Positions 37,715-47,235 of a DNA stretch of 64,000 nucleotides are shown here, piece after piece. The notes under the pieces were generated by a model. The model saw nothing but the letters and a program-made list of their open reading frames with translations. It did no database searches and was not told where the DNA came from. How positions within the stretch are numbered: position 1 is the first letter of the stretch; the number at the start of each line of letters is the position of its first letter. The translations under genes and the position numbers were made by a program. The stretch comes from a virus. The stretch covers positions 4,068 through 68,067 of IMG/VR virus record IMGVR_UViG_3300037258_000125; one strand, given 5' to 3'.

Positions 37715-38058
37715 ATCGGTTTCGCGAAGCCGGCTGCTCCTACAGGACGTTCGAGAATCTTCAAGGTCGTATATCGTGAGACCTTGAGAAACCCTTTCGC
37801 GATCAGATCGTCACGAGAGAAGGCAGACTTGATTGCGTCCGTATCAAGTCTCTCGCTGGTGACTTCGGTAAGTTGGCCTGTGTGCTTTTCCGACTCGATA
37901 GAGGTTGCACCTTCTGGCATACGAGCATCCATAGCCTCTTTGTAGAGACCTTCAAGGAACTTGGCATCCTTCTGAATGTCTCTCTGTTCCTTCACCTTAT
38001 CCAGTAGAGACCCTAAGGTCTCGTTCGCCAAATTCGGTAATACTCGTTCCTTAGCCAT
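37711..38058 (-). CDS. Hypothetical protein
   Basis: Start MAKERV after RBS AGGAGG. Confidence 0.7.
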   Translation of the reverse strand: MAKERVLPNLANETLGSLLDKVKEQRDIQKDAKFLEGLYKEAMDARMPEGATSIESEKHTGQLTEVTSERLDTDAIKSAFSRDDLIAKGFLKVSRYTTLKILERPVGAAGFAKPI

Positions 38059-38074
38059 CTTTTTACCTCCTGTG

Positions 38075-38380
38075 TTATTCGAATGATGGATCATGCATTG
38101 CAAGGGAGAATGCTCCTGCGGGCGAACCTATCCCACCAGTATATTCAGTACTACCACATTCGGGGCAAGGTGTATTCGTCTCATTGTTAGGTCCGAACTG
38201 ACCTACAATATAAGTCCCGCACTTTGCACATTCAGTTTCATACGAATTCGGATCGAGCTTATCCCAATCTTCCCTCGTTGTAGTCTTTGTAACATGAACT
38301 AGTACACCTTCAGGTAAGGCTTTACCTTCGATGATTGCGGTCATAGTCTCTTTGAGCTTTTCCTTATCCTGATCACTCAT
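38075..38380 (-). CDS. Zn-ribbon protein
   Basis: CAKCG...CPECGS. Confidence 0.65.
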   Translation of the reverse strand: MSDQDKEKLKETMTAIIEGKALPEGVLVHVTKTTTREDWDKLDPNSYETECAKCGTYIVGQFGPNNETNTPCPECGSTEYTGGIGSPAGAFSLAMHDPSFE

Positions 38381-38598
38381 GACTTTATCTCGGTTGCGCC
38401 CGGATAGGCTTGTTCGAATGAGAGTCTGGGTCTAGGGTCACGATAACCACACACCCTGCATCTCTGTTGCGGTAGTAGGATCGTGGGAGACGCCTTCGGC
38501 AACTTGATAGTACACGTAGGGCAAGCGATACCATATTTGGCTCGCCGCTCTTTACGCATCTTGTTCAAGTCGTTAAAGACGTCTCCCATGTCACCCAT
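38377..38598 (-). CDS. Zn-ribbon protein
   Basis: CPTC...CRVCG. Confidence 0.65.
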   Translation of the reverse strand: MGDMGDVFNDLNKMRKERRAKYGIACPTCTIKLPKASPTILLPQQRCRVCGYRDPRPRLSFEQAYPGATEIKS

Positions 38599-38604
38599 GG
38601 ATAA

Positions 38605-38865
38605 CTACTCCTTGCTGCCGTCGTCCTCGACATCATCGAAGCTGAACGAATCGAGGCTGTTCAGATCGATCTTGGTTTCGAGATCGCCGGCGTCGTAGAT
38701 CGTCATGACGGTAATGTCAGCAGTCTCGATGACAGACTGGAGAGTCCAGTTGTCATTCTTGAACTGGTGGAAGTTGGCAACATTCGCAGCATCGGGAGCT
38801 TTGATAATGCACATCTGTTGCTCGACGTTTTCGTCCTCGTAGAAAACCAGAAAACTCTTATTCAT
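38605..38865 (-). CDS. Acidic hypothetical protein
   Basis: RBS GAGGAGG; Asp-rich C-terminus. Confidence 0.7.
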   Translation of the reverse strand: MNKSFLVFYEDENVEQQMCIIKAPDAANVANFHQFKNDNWTLQSVIETADITVMTIYDAGDLETKIDLNSLDSFSFDDVEDDGSKE

Positions 38866-39056
38866 TGTAGTCCTCCTCTTCCGCGACCGAGGTTATCCCA
38901 GCCGTCTGAAGCTCGTTAAAGTCCGATGATAGCAGGTATCCAGAAACCGATGACCGCAGCAAGTACAGCTGTAGCGATCAACGCAACTGGAAGATTTCGG
39001 AATAGCAATAAGCATATTCCGAAAAGTAGAATGAGCATGATGATCATGAACATGGT

Positions 39057-39971
39057 TTACTCCACACCTCTGAAGCCTTTGAATATCGGGATTCGCGGTT
39101 TATCTTGAGACCCATAAGCTTGGTACTTAAAGGAGACCTGTTTGCCAAGGTACTTCTCCTTGTTGGCCCATACCTGAGCTCTGGTAGCATCATCGAGGCC
39201 GCTACCACAAGAGAAGTCACCCCATTTAGGGTGATGCAAGATGAATTTGCCAAGCGTACCTCCTGGTATCATACCAGCGTTATGTGAACTACGCTTGGCA
39301 AGTCCCATTGGGTTAATCACTTGCTCGTTCTGATTCCGATAAAGCTCTTCGAACCCAGCAATTACTGCTTCGTCGTCCGTGAAGCGCTTCATCTTGATCA
39401 GGATTTGTTGATTGAACGTTGATCGTCCGTACTTATAACCCCCGCCAGGGAAACGGAGCATGATTCCTTCATACCCATCACCGAGACATTTCTCTTCGTA
39501 CGCAAGAACCTCCTCCACGTTATGAAGCATACAATGATCAAGAACACGAACATACGGATATCGTACGTCATCTTCGTCATTGCCATACTTCTCACGGAGA
39601 ATAGCTTGACGTGAGGTGAATGATATAGTTGGTTCTGTGAAGATGTCAAAGACCCAGTAGATGAAATCTGGTTCGCCATCTTGTGACATCACACCGGACT
39701 GAGCTCTACTCATAACTCCATCACCTGAACGAGCTCCTACGATCAATTCGCCATCGAGCCCTACGAGCTCTGGACGTTCAAGCTTTGATCGTATAAACTT
39801 GTTAGGAAGGAGCTTCATTGAACGGCTCTTAAGCCCTTCTGCATGTACAAGGCCACGTATCCCATCAAGTTTGGGGGATGCAATTACAGGATACGACAAC
39901 AGCTTCAATTGGTCAACAGCGATCTCTGGCTCAATTGTGGCTGATAGAAGAGGACTGAAAGGTTTTGCCAT
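39057..39971 (-). CDS. ATP-dependent DNA ligase
   Basis: SPKLDGIR, LDGEL, YEGIMLR, YKYGRS, IKMK, GSG, PRIPIF; start set at MAKPF. Confidence 0.93.
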   Translation of the reverse strand: MAKPFSPLLSATIEPEIAVDQLKLLSYPVIASPKLDGIRGLVHAEGLKSRSMKLLPNKFIRSKLERPELVGLDGELIVGARSGDGVMSRAQSGVMSQDGEPDFIYWVFDIFTEPTISFTSRQAILREKYGNDEDDVRYPYVRVLDHCMLHNVEEVLAYEEKCLGDGYEGIMLRFPGGGYKYGRSTFNQQILIKMKRFTDDEAVIAGFEELYRNQNEQVINPMGLAKRSSHNAGMIPGGTLGKFILHHPKWGDFSCGSGLDDATRAQVWANKEKYLGKQVSFKYQAYGSQDKPRIPIFKGFRGVE

Positions 39972-40144
39972 GTTAATCTGCCTTCCTGACCACTTCAAAG
40001 ATTACGTATGCAAGAAGTCCAGCGCAGATAGTACCTGCAAAAGCTCCGAGACCGATTGGTCCGTACTTGAATGCTATAATAGCAATCCAACCGGAGATGA
40101 AGCAGATAACGAAACTTGCACGTAAGATCGCAATTTCAGACATG

Positions 40145-40408
40145 TTATCTCCAATATGGCTCAATTGTGCCAGGCATCTTAAGGATCTCGTAGGTTTCTT
40201 TGTCCTTCTTGACGGGGTTGCCGAGCACATCACGTTTGATAATGAGTACGTAACCCTCGTCTACGTTGTAACCTACACAGTCTTTGGTGATAACGTGTCC
40301 ATTGAACTTGACACCGATGTGTCTGCAGTACGGTGAGAAGTCCGGGTGCTTTGAACTTGACGAGCACTTTCGAGGTACAGGCTGATCTCTGAACGAAGGT
40401 TTGCTCAC
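40145..40408 (-). CDS. DUF3297-like protein
   Basis: HIGVKFNG...YNVDEGYV...GNP...GTIEPYW resembles DUF3297; GTG start after GGAG. Confidence 0.55.
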   Translation of the reverse strand: MSKPSFRDQPVPRKCSSSSKHPDFSPYCRHIGVKFNGHVITKDCVGYNVDEGYVLIIKRDVLGNPVKKDKETYEILKMPGTIEPYWR

Positions 40409-40641
40409 CACGCTCTCCAATGTGTTTTGACACCGATGTCCCACGAATCTTTGGCTTCGTTCCAAGTAGCCTCGAAGAACGCTTTGAAGTCGTTTCCTAA
40501 GGCTTCCTTAACCTCGGCAGGCACATCCTTTTCCGGTATATGACACATTCTTGCTCTGAGCTGGTCATACACCATCCAAGGAATGTGCTTGTCATTCGTG
40601 GAGATGGGTCGTTGGACCTTAACTATGTGGTACACTTCCAT
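40405..40641 (-). CDS. Hypothetical protein
   Basis: Start MEVYHI after GAGGA, downstream of a promoter. Confidence 0.65.
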   Translation of the reverse strand: MEVYHIVKVQRPISTNDKHIPWMVYDQLRARMCHIPEKDVPAEVKEALGNDFKAFFEATWNEAKDSWDIGVKTHWRAW

Positions 40642-40669
40642 GGTTTTTGGTCCTCTTGCTATGTTCCCT

Positions 40670-40715
40670 ATTTTACAACACAAATAAAGGTCAAGCAAGA
40701 GGTTAAATTCTGGTC
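40670..40715 (-). promoter_or_regulatory. sigma70-like promoter with GACC boxes
   Basis: GACCAGAATTTAACCTC-TTGCTT-GACC..(N17)-TAAAAT. Confidence 0.75.
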
Positions 40716-40719
40716 GACC

Positions 40720-41112
40720 TTACTTGGTCTGGAGAGCGTCTGCTACTGCGGAATGGCCTTCGCGATGACCCTTAGGGGCGTAAGCATCTCGCGGCAGCTC
40801 CGAGCGCTGAGTCGTACGGATGACGTGCTGGAAACGCTCGAGGATCATCTCCATATCCTGATCGTCCATCTCCCCGGTGAATGTTCCGCTCTTGGCTCTG
40901 ATGAACAGGTGGTTGTTGAACTCGCGGATGAGGAACATTCTGAACAGGCGAGCGTCGTCGGCGCGTAAACCACCGATTAAGCTCATAAGTCCAGAGACTG
41001 ATCCTTGCGGTGCTGACGAACCAGCACCATTTGATGCGGGAGGCCTTTCGCGATTTGATGGAAGATGCGGATCGTCTTGCTGGGGCGGGTGTCCTTGGCT
41101 CTGGTCTGACAT
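40720..41112 (-). CDS. Hypothetical protein
   Basis: 130 aa; overlaps the upstream ORF tail. Confidence 0.55.
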   Translation of the reverse strand: MSDQSQGHPPQQDDPHLPSNRERPPASNGAGSSAPQGSVSGLMSLIGGLRADDARLFRMFLIREFNNHLFIRAKSGTFTGEMDDQDMEMILERFQHVIRTTQRSELPRDAYAPKGHREGHSAVADALQTK

Positions 41113-41614
41113 TGATTTTCTTCCTGTTGTTGCGGTTCATCATGAACCATGCTACTATGAACGCAGATAACGCACCACCTCCAATACCTTTGAATACGTC
41201 TGGCATTGAAGCTGTCTCGAGTGACGGTAACTTATAAGGTCCTGAGACCTTAACTACTGGGTAATACCCAGATGCCGGTGAGATATATGAAACTGTCTTG
41301 ATCGGTTTCCCTGTTGCTACAACCACAGCAGATATGATCTGCTCTTTAGGGAGCATAAGAGGTTTCCTGGCATCAGCAGATGTGACCGTCTTTCCTGGGA
41401 GCACAGTAGGTGGATCGACCTTTATCTTTGTTGGACGCAACCATCGATTTGGGTCAATCTTTCTTACGTGGTACTCCGCTCTATGAACTTCGTGATGTAC
41501 AATCACAGGCGCTTTGACGACACAAGTGCTCGGGTATCGTTGATCGCAGGCTTGAGCCAAGGCAGTCGAAGATAGTAGAACTAAAGCAGCTGAGCCGATA
41601 ATGTTACGATGCAT
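40772..41614 (-). CDS. Signal-peptide + TM membrane protein (3' end uncertain)
   Basis: MHRNIIGSAALVLLSSTALAQA after AGGAG; TM GALSAFIVAWF. Confidence 0.55.
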   Translation of the reverse strand: MHRNIIGSAALVLLSSTALAQACDQRYPSTCVVKAPVIVHHEVHRAEYHVRKIDPNRWLRPTKIKVDPPTVLPGKTVTSADARKPLMLPKEQIISAVVVATGKPIKTVSYISPASGYYPVVKVSGPYKLPSLETASMPDVFKGIGGGALSAFIVAWFMMNRNNRKKINVRPEPRTPAPARRSASSIKSRKASRIKWCWFVSTARISLWTYELNRWFTRRRRSPVQNVPHPRVQQPPVHQSQERNIHRGDGRSGYGDDPRAFPARHPYDSALGAAARCLRP

Positions 41615-41819
41615 GTCTAGCTCTCCTACGCAGGAATTCCTGCCAATGGTACTGTTGAGCGTGAGGCGAATCTTGCTGAACAAAGTTCAATCCAGAGAGT
41701 GCTGATTGGAATTGTCCATCTTCGTCCATATAATCGATTGACATGAACGAATGTGGTGGAAGCCCTTCATATTGATGGGGCGTGAAAGTCACTTTTACGA
41801 GCGTACAAGTTTGGGGCAT
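41604..41819 (-). CDS. Hypothetical protein
   Basis: ORF from MPQTC. Confidence 0.5.
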   Translation of the reverse strand: MPQTCTLVKVTFTPHQYEGLPPHSFMSIDYMDEDGQFQSALSGLNFVQQDSPHAQQYHWQEFLRRRARHAS

Positions 41820-42169
41820 TTCAAAACCTAGCAAATTTGTTCGGATTTTCCGGTATCACGCCAAACGCTTCGAAGCACAGTCAGACGGATTGAATTAGTC
41901 TGATCTGATAGTGCTAAGGAAGCAAGACGCTTTGTAGTAAGCGATTGCAACCATAGCTAGAACTAATCCTACATAGATAAGGATCATGTGACTCTCCTAG
42001 TTAGCACTTAGTAAGACTGTGGCGATTAGTCCACATAGAAGACCTGCAGCACCATTTATTGCAGCTCCTAAGAACCCTTCTGCGAAAAGGAACTTGTAGA
42101 AGCACCTGATTAATAGCCCCACACAGAAACAGTAGAGCACTGCAACTAGAACCTGAGACACTATGCTCA

Positions 42170-42625
42170 TTAGGTCACCTCTCCCGGTTTCTTATCACGC
42201 TCACTCATCTTTGCTGCACGCGCTCCGACAAGTGCAACGTAAGCAATGTTACGTGCTTGTGCGCTACCGATTACAGAACCATATTTGTTCATGATCTCTT
42301 TGACAGCACCATCTACTTCGATGATGTCAGCGCTAGGCATCTCTGTCATTGTAGCCTTCAAGCGATGCAGCGCAGCTTCTGTAGTGTCCCAAACTTGTTC
42401 ACGAGTTGGAGCGTGAGGAGTATCAAAGGCTCCTGGTATGAATGCACGGAGACGAAGATAAGCAGCGCTCAGTTCTTGAGCAGCTTCTTTCCAATCGATC
42501 TGTGCTCTGGCTTGTGTCACGGCAAGCGCTAAAGCAACGAGGTCATCGTCTACATAACGGCTATCAGTGAAGCCCTTCATACGCTCATTCAAGAACTTGT
42601 CAACAGCTTCAATCAAGTCTTTCAT
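42170..42625 (-). CDS. Hypothetical protein
   Basis: 151 aa, RBS GAGG. Confidence 0.65.
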   Translation of the reverse strand: MKDLIEAVDKFLNERMKGFTDSRYVDDDLVALALAVTQARAQIDWKEAAQELSAAYLRLRAFIPGAFDTPHAPTREQVWDTTEAALHRLKATMTEMPSADIIEVDGAVKEIMNKYGSVIGSAQARNIAYVALVGARAAKMSERDKKPGEVT

Positions 42626-43082
42626 TTGATAACCTCAATGCATCGATATAGATGTCGCATATGCCACACCGCTTTGGATCTAACTCTGATGCAACGTGTC
42701 CTGGACAATCTTCTTCGGATGGACGATTACGAATGCGCCAGAGCTCTGTAGCTTGGCAGCAATGTCCTTCCTGTCCAAATATGTCAGAGAGTCCCGTCGC
42801 AGCCTTTAGTACGGGTAGTAGTTTCGGGTTCTCTCTGATATATTCGTTCCAGAGTTCCGTATAGAGGTTGTTGCAATCGGCTTGATTGTCAGCCCTCATT
42901 CCTTTGGCCTTACGCCAATTGACTCTGTACTCATATTCCCGTTCGTGAAAGATCTTCGAACTTTGGTAGAGCTCCTCAATTGACTTATTCCCCCGTGCTT
43001 TGATACGGGCAAAGAACGCTGAGAAGCGTTTATCGCCACGACCAGAGCATTCAAGGAATGGAGCTACTCCATGACGAATCAT
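42609..43082 (-). CDS. NADAR-like protein (possible ADP-ribosyl hydrolase)
   Basis: LECSGRGDKRFSAF, SIEELYQSSKIF, KG, LWNEYI.ENP.L, SDIF, CQA. Confidence 0.55.
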   Translation of the reverse strand: MIRHGVAPFLECSGRGDKRFSAFFARIKARGNKSIEELYQSSKIFHEREYEYRVNWRKAKGMRADNQADCNNLYTELWNEYIRENPKLLPVLKAATGLSDIFGQEGHCCQATELWRIRNRPSEEDCPGHVASELDPKRCGICDIYIDALRLSNERLD

Positions 43083-43367
43083 TCAGTTCTCCAGCTGTTG
43101 GAGAGGCGGTAGAAAGACTTCTCTGTCGTGGTTCCACATCCATCCAGTATCCATCTTTTCCCTGAAGGCTGGATCAACCTTGTAACGTCGAACCATTTCA
43201 CGATGTCGACACGTTGACTTGTTATTAGCGAAGCATGAACATTCAAGTCGTCCACCGATGTCAGAGACAGCGTATGAACCGGTTGGCTCATAGTCTACCT
43301 TGTCACACTTATAGACTGTCCAGTGATGGTTCTCCCAAGCGAGTTTGTACAGTTCTTTATAGCTCAT
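43083..43367 (-). CDS. SWIM-like Zn-finger protein
   Basis: YAV...ECSC...CRH. Confidence 0.6.
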   Translation of the reverse strand: MSYKELYKLAWENHHWTVYKCDKVDYEPTGSYAVSDIGGRLECSCFANNKSTCRHREMVRRYKVDPAFREKMDTGWMWNHDREVFLPPLQQLEN

Positions 43368-43666
43368 GACGTGAGCTCTTGGATCTTGGTGACAGTAGCG
43401 AGCAGCTCATCGACCTTTGCTTCAACCCGTTTGGGGAGCATATCTCTGTAGGTCGCATCCTTTATGAAGCTTATGGCTTCATATATTGACAAGGTCACAC
43501 GTTGTTGAGGTTCTACTCCATGTGATTGGAATGTGACGTCTGTGTACGCAGAGCTTGGGATATCGTTGTAGATCTTAGTAAAGATCGTATCAAGCTCCCT
43601 ACGGAGTTCTTCCCGTGCTTGAGCTTCGAGCTTAGACTCGATGATTGACTGCGGTGTATCTGTCAT
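43364..43666 (-). CDS. Hypothetical protein
   Basis: Coupled ORF, 100 aa. Confidence 0.65.
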   Translation of the reverse strand: MTDTPQSIIESKLEAQAREELRRELDTIFTKIYNDIPSSAYTDVTFQSHGVEPQQRVTLSIYEAISFIKDATYRDMLPKRVEAKVDELLATVTKIQELTS

Positions 43667-43878
43667 GGGTCCTTTACCTTTAATGCTCTGACACCGTCGA
43701 GAGCGAGAACGATCTTTGATGAGTAGCCTATGATACCGATGTACTTAAGCCAATCATCAAAGATCTCCCCTGATGAACGAGAATCCAGTTCTATGTGGAG
43801 CGTCTTGATAGTACAGTGGTATCGCTCACATAGATCTGTGATCATAAACGGCGGGAGATTCTTTTCGACGTGGGACAT
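43663..43878 (-). CDS. Hypothetical protein
   Basis: Coupled ORF, 71 aa. Confidence 0.6.
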   Translation of the reverse strand: MSHVEKNLPPFMITDLCERYHCTIKTLHIELDSRSSGEIFDDWLKYIGIIGYSSKIVLALDGVRALKVKDP

Positions 43879-44093
43879 TATGTTCGTGCGAGCCCCATGT
43901 TCATGATGTGACGCCCCGCACGTTCGACGGACTTGAACCTTATGAAACGTTCGCCGTCACGTTTCATGAGACCTTCCACTATGACACGTGGCTTAGGTCT
44001 CTTACGGTAGTGTACACGACTGAGAACCGTTGCCGGTATAACTTTATACCGACGGCCGTGGATCAATCCATCATCACTGTTGAAGTCTGACAT
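43878..44093 (-). CDS. Basic hypothetical protein
   Basis: Coupled ORF, 71 aa. Confidence 0.6.
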   Translation of the reverse strand: MSDFNSDDGLIHGRRYKVIPATVLSRVHYRKRPKPRVIVEGLMKRDGERFIRFKSVERAGRHIMNMGLART

Positions 44094-44096
44094 TAT

Positions 44097-44354
44097 TTAC
44101 CCTTTGTTTAGTACCCATGACTCACCGACGAGTTTGAAGGTCTTACTGGAATGTTGTTTGATCCAGACAAGAGCTCGTCCTTGTGATCGCTTTCGAATAG
44201 CCTCGAACGTTTCTAAGGCCAGTGGAAAGCTATCCTCGAACTGGTATTTGTACCGTTTACCGTTGATAGAGACCGTTATGCTCTGATCCTGGTTGTCAGT
44301 AGAAACGACCTCCAGTTGTAGTTGGCTCTCGCGGGTAAACGGTACATTATTCAT
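44097..44354 (-). CDS. KTSC-like small protein
   Basis: ITVSINGKRYKY...SQGRALVWIK resembles the KTSC pattern. Confidence 0.4.
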   Translation of the reverse strand: MNNVPFTRESQLQLEVVSTDNQDQSITVSINGKRYKYQFEDSFPLALETFEAIRKRSQGRALVWIKQHSSKTFKLVGESWVLNKG

Positions 44355-44521
44355 TTGGGTTTCATCCCAAGCTCTTCGCGGCGCTTCTGATCGATCCAGA
44401 GAGCTGCACCATCATACGATTGAGACGTATGAACGAGTTCCCCGCCCTTGAAGACTCGATAGCCTTCATGGTCGACCGAGTAATCGATCTCATAGCCTCG
44501 ATAGATGTCTCGTGCCATCGA

Positions 44522-44713
44522 TTAGTACTCGATGGTAACGGTGATCTTGTCGGGGATCGTACCGTTGAATGTGTTCTTGCGAACGTACATTGTGTTGATC
44601 TTGCCGTACGTTTGATCAACGTCGTGAAAGGTACCATCCTTCTGTTCGACCTCTTGGAACAGAGCAGCGCCTTTGGTTTCGCGCACCTTACGGAGAATGA
44701 CTTGGACTTGCAT
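44522..44713 (-). CDS. Hypothetical protein
   Basis: 63 aa, first gene after a promoter. Confidence 0.65.
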   Translation of the reverse strand: MQVQVILRKVRETKGAALFQEVEQKDGTFHDVDQTYGKINTMYVRKNTFNGTIPDKITVTIEY

Positions 44714-44754
44714 GGAGTGATCGTCCTTGGTTTGGGTTTTCGAACTTACACACT

Positions 44755-44800
44755 ATTTTACTACACTCTTTAAGGTCTTTCAAGAGTCCAAATGATGGTC
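44755..44800 (-). promoter_or_regulatory. sigma70-like promoter with GACY boxes
   Basis: GACCATCATTTGGACTC-TTGAAA-GACC..(N17)-TAAAAT. Confidence 0.8.
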
Positions 44801-44819
44801 AACCGTTTCTGTGGACGCT

Positions 44820-45086
44820 TTAAACAGAATACCCATATTTTTGGGCGAACTTAAGAGAATCGTTCCAGTGTGTCTGTAGGCAATAGATCACGAGCTCTGC
44901 CATTACAGGATCTTCGACTTCGAGGTACCCTGCAATCGCAATTGTCTTTCCATAGCCTTTAACATCACCCTCTTCCGTCCAAGACTCTTCTCGAGCTCTT
45001 GCAGTGTCTCTTATGCCTTTTGCAAAGGCCTTTTTCCATTCCTCGGTTACGGGAACTTTGAATTCGTCCAACCATAGTGGGTTCAT
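44820..45086 (-). CDS. Hypothetical protein
   Basis: RBS GGAGG, 88 aa. Confidence 0.65.
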   Translation of the reverse strand: MNPLWLDEFKVPVTEEWKKAFAKGIRDTARAREESWTEEGDVKGYGKTIAIAGYLEVEDPVMAELVIYCLQTHWNDSLKFAQKYGYSV

Positions 45087-45265
45087 TGACTACCTCCAAG
45101 TTTAGAAACCATATCAAGTAAGTGTGACTGAGCCCGACATATGTCAGCCATAATTAAGTGGCTAACAGCGTTGGCTGGTTGAACACGTTCCAGAAATCTT
45201 ACGTGTTCATCGAGTCTTCCTTGCAGCTTTGCTGCTACCAATTTGTCTTGATTTGTAAGAGCCAT
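45083..45265 (-). CDS. Hypothetical protein
   Basis: Coupled ORF, 60 aa. Confidence 0.55.
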   Translation of the reverse strand: MALTNQDKLVAAKLQGRLDEHVRFLERVQPANAVSHLIMADICRAQSHLLDMVSKLGGSQ

Positions 45266-45663
45266 CAGTTATAGTCCTTTGGGTTGCCGTTGACGATGCT
45301 TGGATCTTTGACTTCGTTACCTTTCATTGCGACTGCCGACACTGAATGATGCTTCTTGCCGATAGCACGTAATGCATCATCCAACTCTTGCGTGAACATT
45401 ACGACATCTGTCCAAGTGTTACGCATAGCCATAACATCTTTAGCTGCTTCACATGCATCCACAACGTCAGGAAAGACACCAATGACACTAATGTCAAAGG
45501 CAACTCCTAACGGAGCACAACCTAACATGAAGTGCTTCTTACCATTGTGCTTGATGTCCATGACGAAGATCTCTACGTACTTCCAAACAGTACGCTTCTT
45601 CATCAGACCATTATCGTGCATGACGAAGATCTCAACTTGGTCGAACAGTGGCGGTATCGCCAT
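45265..45663 (-). CDS. Hypothetical protein
   Basis: 132 aa, duplicated VEIFVM. Confidence 0.6.
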   Translation of the reverse strand: MAIPPLFDQVEIFVMHDNGLMKKRTVWKYVEIFVMDIKHNGKKHFMLGCAPLGVAFDISVIGVFPDVVDACEAAKDVMAMRNTWTDVVMFTQELDDALRAIGKKHHSVSAVAMKGNEVKDPSIVNGNPKDYN

Positions 45664-45667
45664 GATG

Positions 45668-45981
45668 TTATCCTATTGCTGGGACCGAACGATCGATGAT
45701 GAGGTGACTCTTCTCACCGATCATATTGACAAGTGTGAACTTGATCCACTTGGGTGTGACATAGGGAGTCTCAGCAAGATGCCAATGAGCTTTAGGCTCG
45801 TTTGGATGCTGCGTTCCATGGGGCATGACACAATTGTTGTGGTGGTCAAAGCTCCCGAGACATAGTACGGGTAGCTCCTTAATGAGCTTACCTGCATCCT
45901 TGTACCACTGCATGACATCGCAGACATGCTTCTTAGGAGCGAACATACGCTTGGTCACATTGATCTTGCGTACCTCATCCC
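45668..45981 (-). CDS. Hypothetical protein (start uncertain, up to 46033)
   Basis: His/Cys-containing ORF in the early gene run; approximate 5' end. Confidence 0.5.
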
Positions 45982-45990
45982 TGAATTGTA

Positions 45991-46176
45991 TCAGAGCCAT
46001 GTATAGTTCTCCGGCGCCTCGGTGAATGTCCAAGCTGATGATGTACCAAGATCACTTCGGTACTTAATCTGTTGGAGAGCGTCTTCAACACATTCGTGCA
46101 TGAGTGTGCCAAAGGCTCTGATGACTCCCTTTGGATCTGTTCCAATGAAGTTGACTTTGTTCTTCCCCCGAACCAT
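45991..46176 (-). CDS. Hypothetical protein
   Basis: Start MVRGKN after GGGGAGG. Confidence 0.55.
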   Translation of the reverse strand: MVRGKNKVNFIGTDPKGVIRAFGTLMHECVEDALQQIKYRSDLGTSSAWTFTEAPENYTWL

Positions 46177-46177
46177 A

Positions 46178-46414
46178 TTAAACCTCCCCAGTATATTCCT
46201 TTGGTTTGAACCAACGCCCTTGCTTACCACAGAAGCCGCTGACCAATGCATCAAACCAATTGGCCCGGCGTTGGGTCTCACACGATTCAAAACGCCACTG
46301 CGGAATTGGTTCCTTGGTAAGGCGCGTGAGCACTTCCATGTTCTGTGGTGCGTGACACTTCCAAGAGTATGGTCCCTTGAACGAGAAGATGCAGTCTTCG
46401 CAGAGCTTTGTCAT
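46178..46414 (-). CDS. Cys-rich small protein
   Basis: CEDC...C...C...CGKQGRWF. Confidence 0.65.
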   Translation of the reverse strand: MTKLCEDCIFSFKGPYSWKCHAPQNMEVLTRLTKEPIPQWRFESCETQRRANWFDALVSGFCGKQGRWFKPKEYTGEV

Positions 46415-46638
46415 TTGTCTAAATCCGTTGGACGAGCTCTAAGCTCATCTGGTACGTGGAGACCTACTTCATCGAACGCTCTGATGAGTGCGCAGACAAA
46501 GTTGATCGGATGATCATATCGTTTCTTACCGATACGATAACGTTGGAAGAGCGTGCTAGTCTCACAGTCGAGATGATGCTCCCGAGCTAGCTTGGCAAAC
46601 TCTTCCGCTTGCTGATAACTATTCAGAGCCATCGTCAT
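46411..46638 (-). CDS. Hypothetical protein
   Basis: Start MTMALN after AAGGA. Confidence 0.55.
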   Translation of the reverse strand: MTMALNSYQQAEEFAKLAREHHLDCETSTLFQRYRIGKKRYDHPINFVCALIRAFDEVGLHVPDELRARPTDLDK

Positions 46639-47053
46639 CCTTTGATTCGACTGGCTTTGGTGTGATCGTCTCTTTAGGCCTCCAGTCTTCATTTGGCCCA
46701 CGCTTCAATTCGGTCGTGCACACATTCCTGGCGTGCTGATAACGTATGCCAAGATGTTTGGATATCATGAGCGGTGTTGCACCCTTACCTTCAGGATGCC
46801 AAAGACCACTATGAAGATATCTGATGGCTGCAGACTTCGTCTTGTAGTGTTCTTTCAACCATGAAAGAGTGGGCATGCCGTCTTGTGGCTCTACCTTTGT
46901 ACTGCCGTCACCAAAGAACTCCTTGGCAAACTCTTCAGGAGTCTGCTTGAACTCTTGTTCGCGGATCTCTTCCACTTCAAGAGCCTTTGGCTTTCCAGTC
47001 TTACGAGAACCAAGTCTAATGACGTTGGTCTCGCCCCTTGGCTTACGTGCCAT
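46619..47053 (-). CDS. HTH-like DNA-binding protein (paralog 2)
   Basis: KTKSAAIRYL...ISKHLGIRYQHARNV. Confidence 0.75.
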   Translation of the reverse strand: MARKPRGETNVIRLGSRKTGKPKALEVEEIREQEFKQTPEEFAKEFFGDGSTKVEPQDGMPTLSWLKEHYKTKSAAIRYLHSGLWHPEGKGATPLMISKHLGIRYQHARNVCTTELKRGPNEDWRPKETITPKPVESKDDDGSE

Positions 47054-47235
47054 TATGACACCTTAATGTCGGTGACATGTGATGATAGCCAATCACGAGC
47101 TTCGCTATCATCAACACTGTCTTCATGAATTGCTACACAGAGCGCTTCATGTAACGATTCTGAAGCGGTATTGCACTCTGGAAGGTTGGGAGTATCATCT
47201 CTCAGTTCAAACGTGATCGTCACTTTCATTACCAT
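47053..47235 (-). CDS. Hypothetical protein
   Basis: RBS GGAGG, 60 aa. Confidence 0.6.
   Translation of the reverse strand: MVMKVTITFELRDDTPNLPECNTASESLHEALCVAIHEDSVDDSEARDWLSSHVTDIKVS

Noticed and set aside
45559-45633. 15-bp direct repeat encoding EIFVM twice
   Set aside because: Short in-frame intragenic duplication with no further structure
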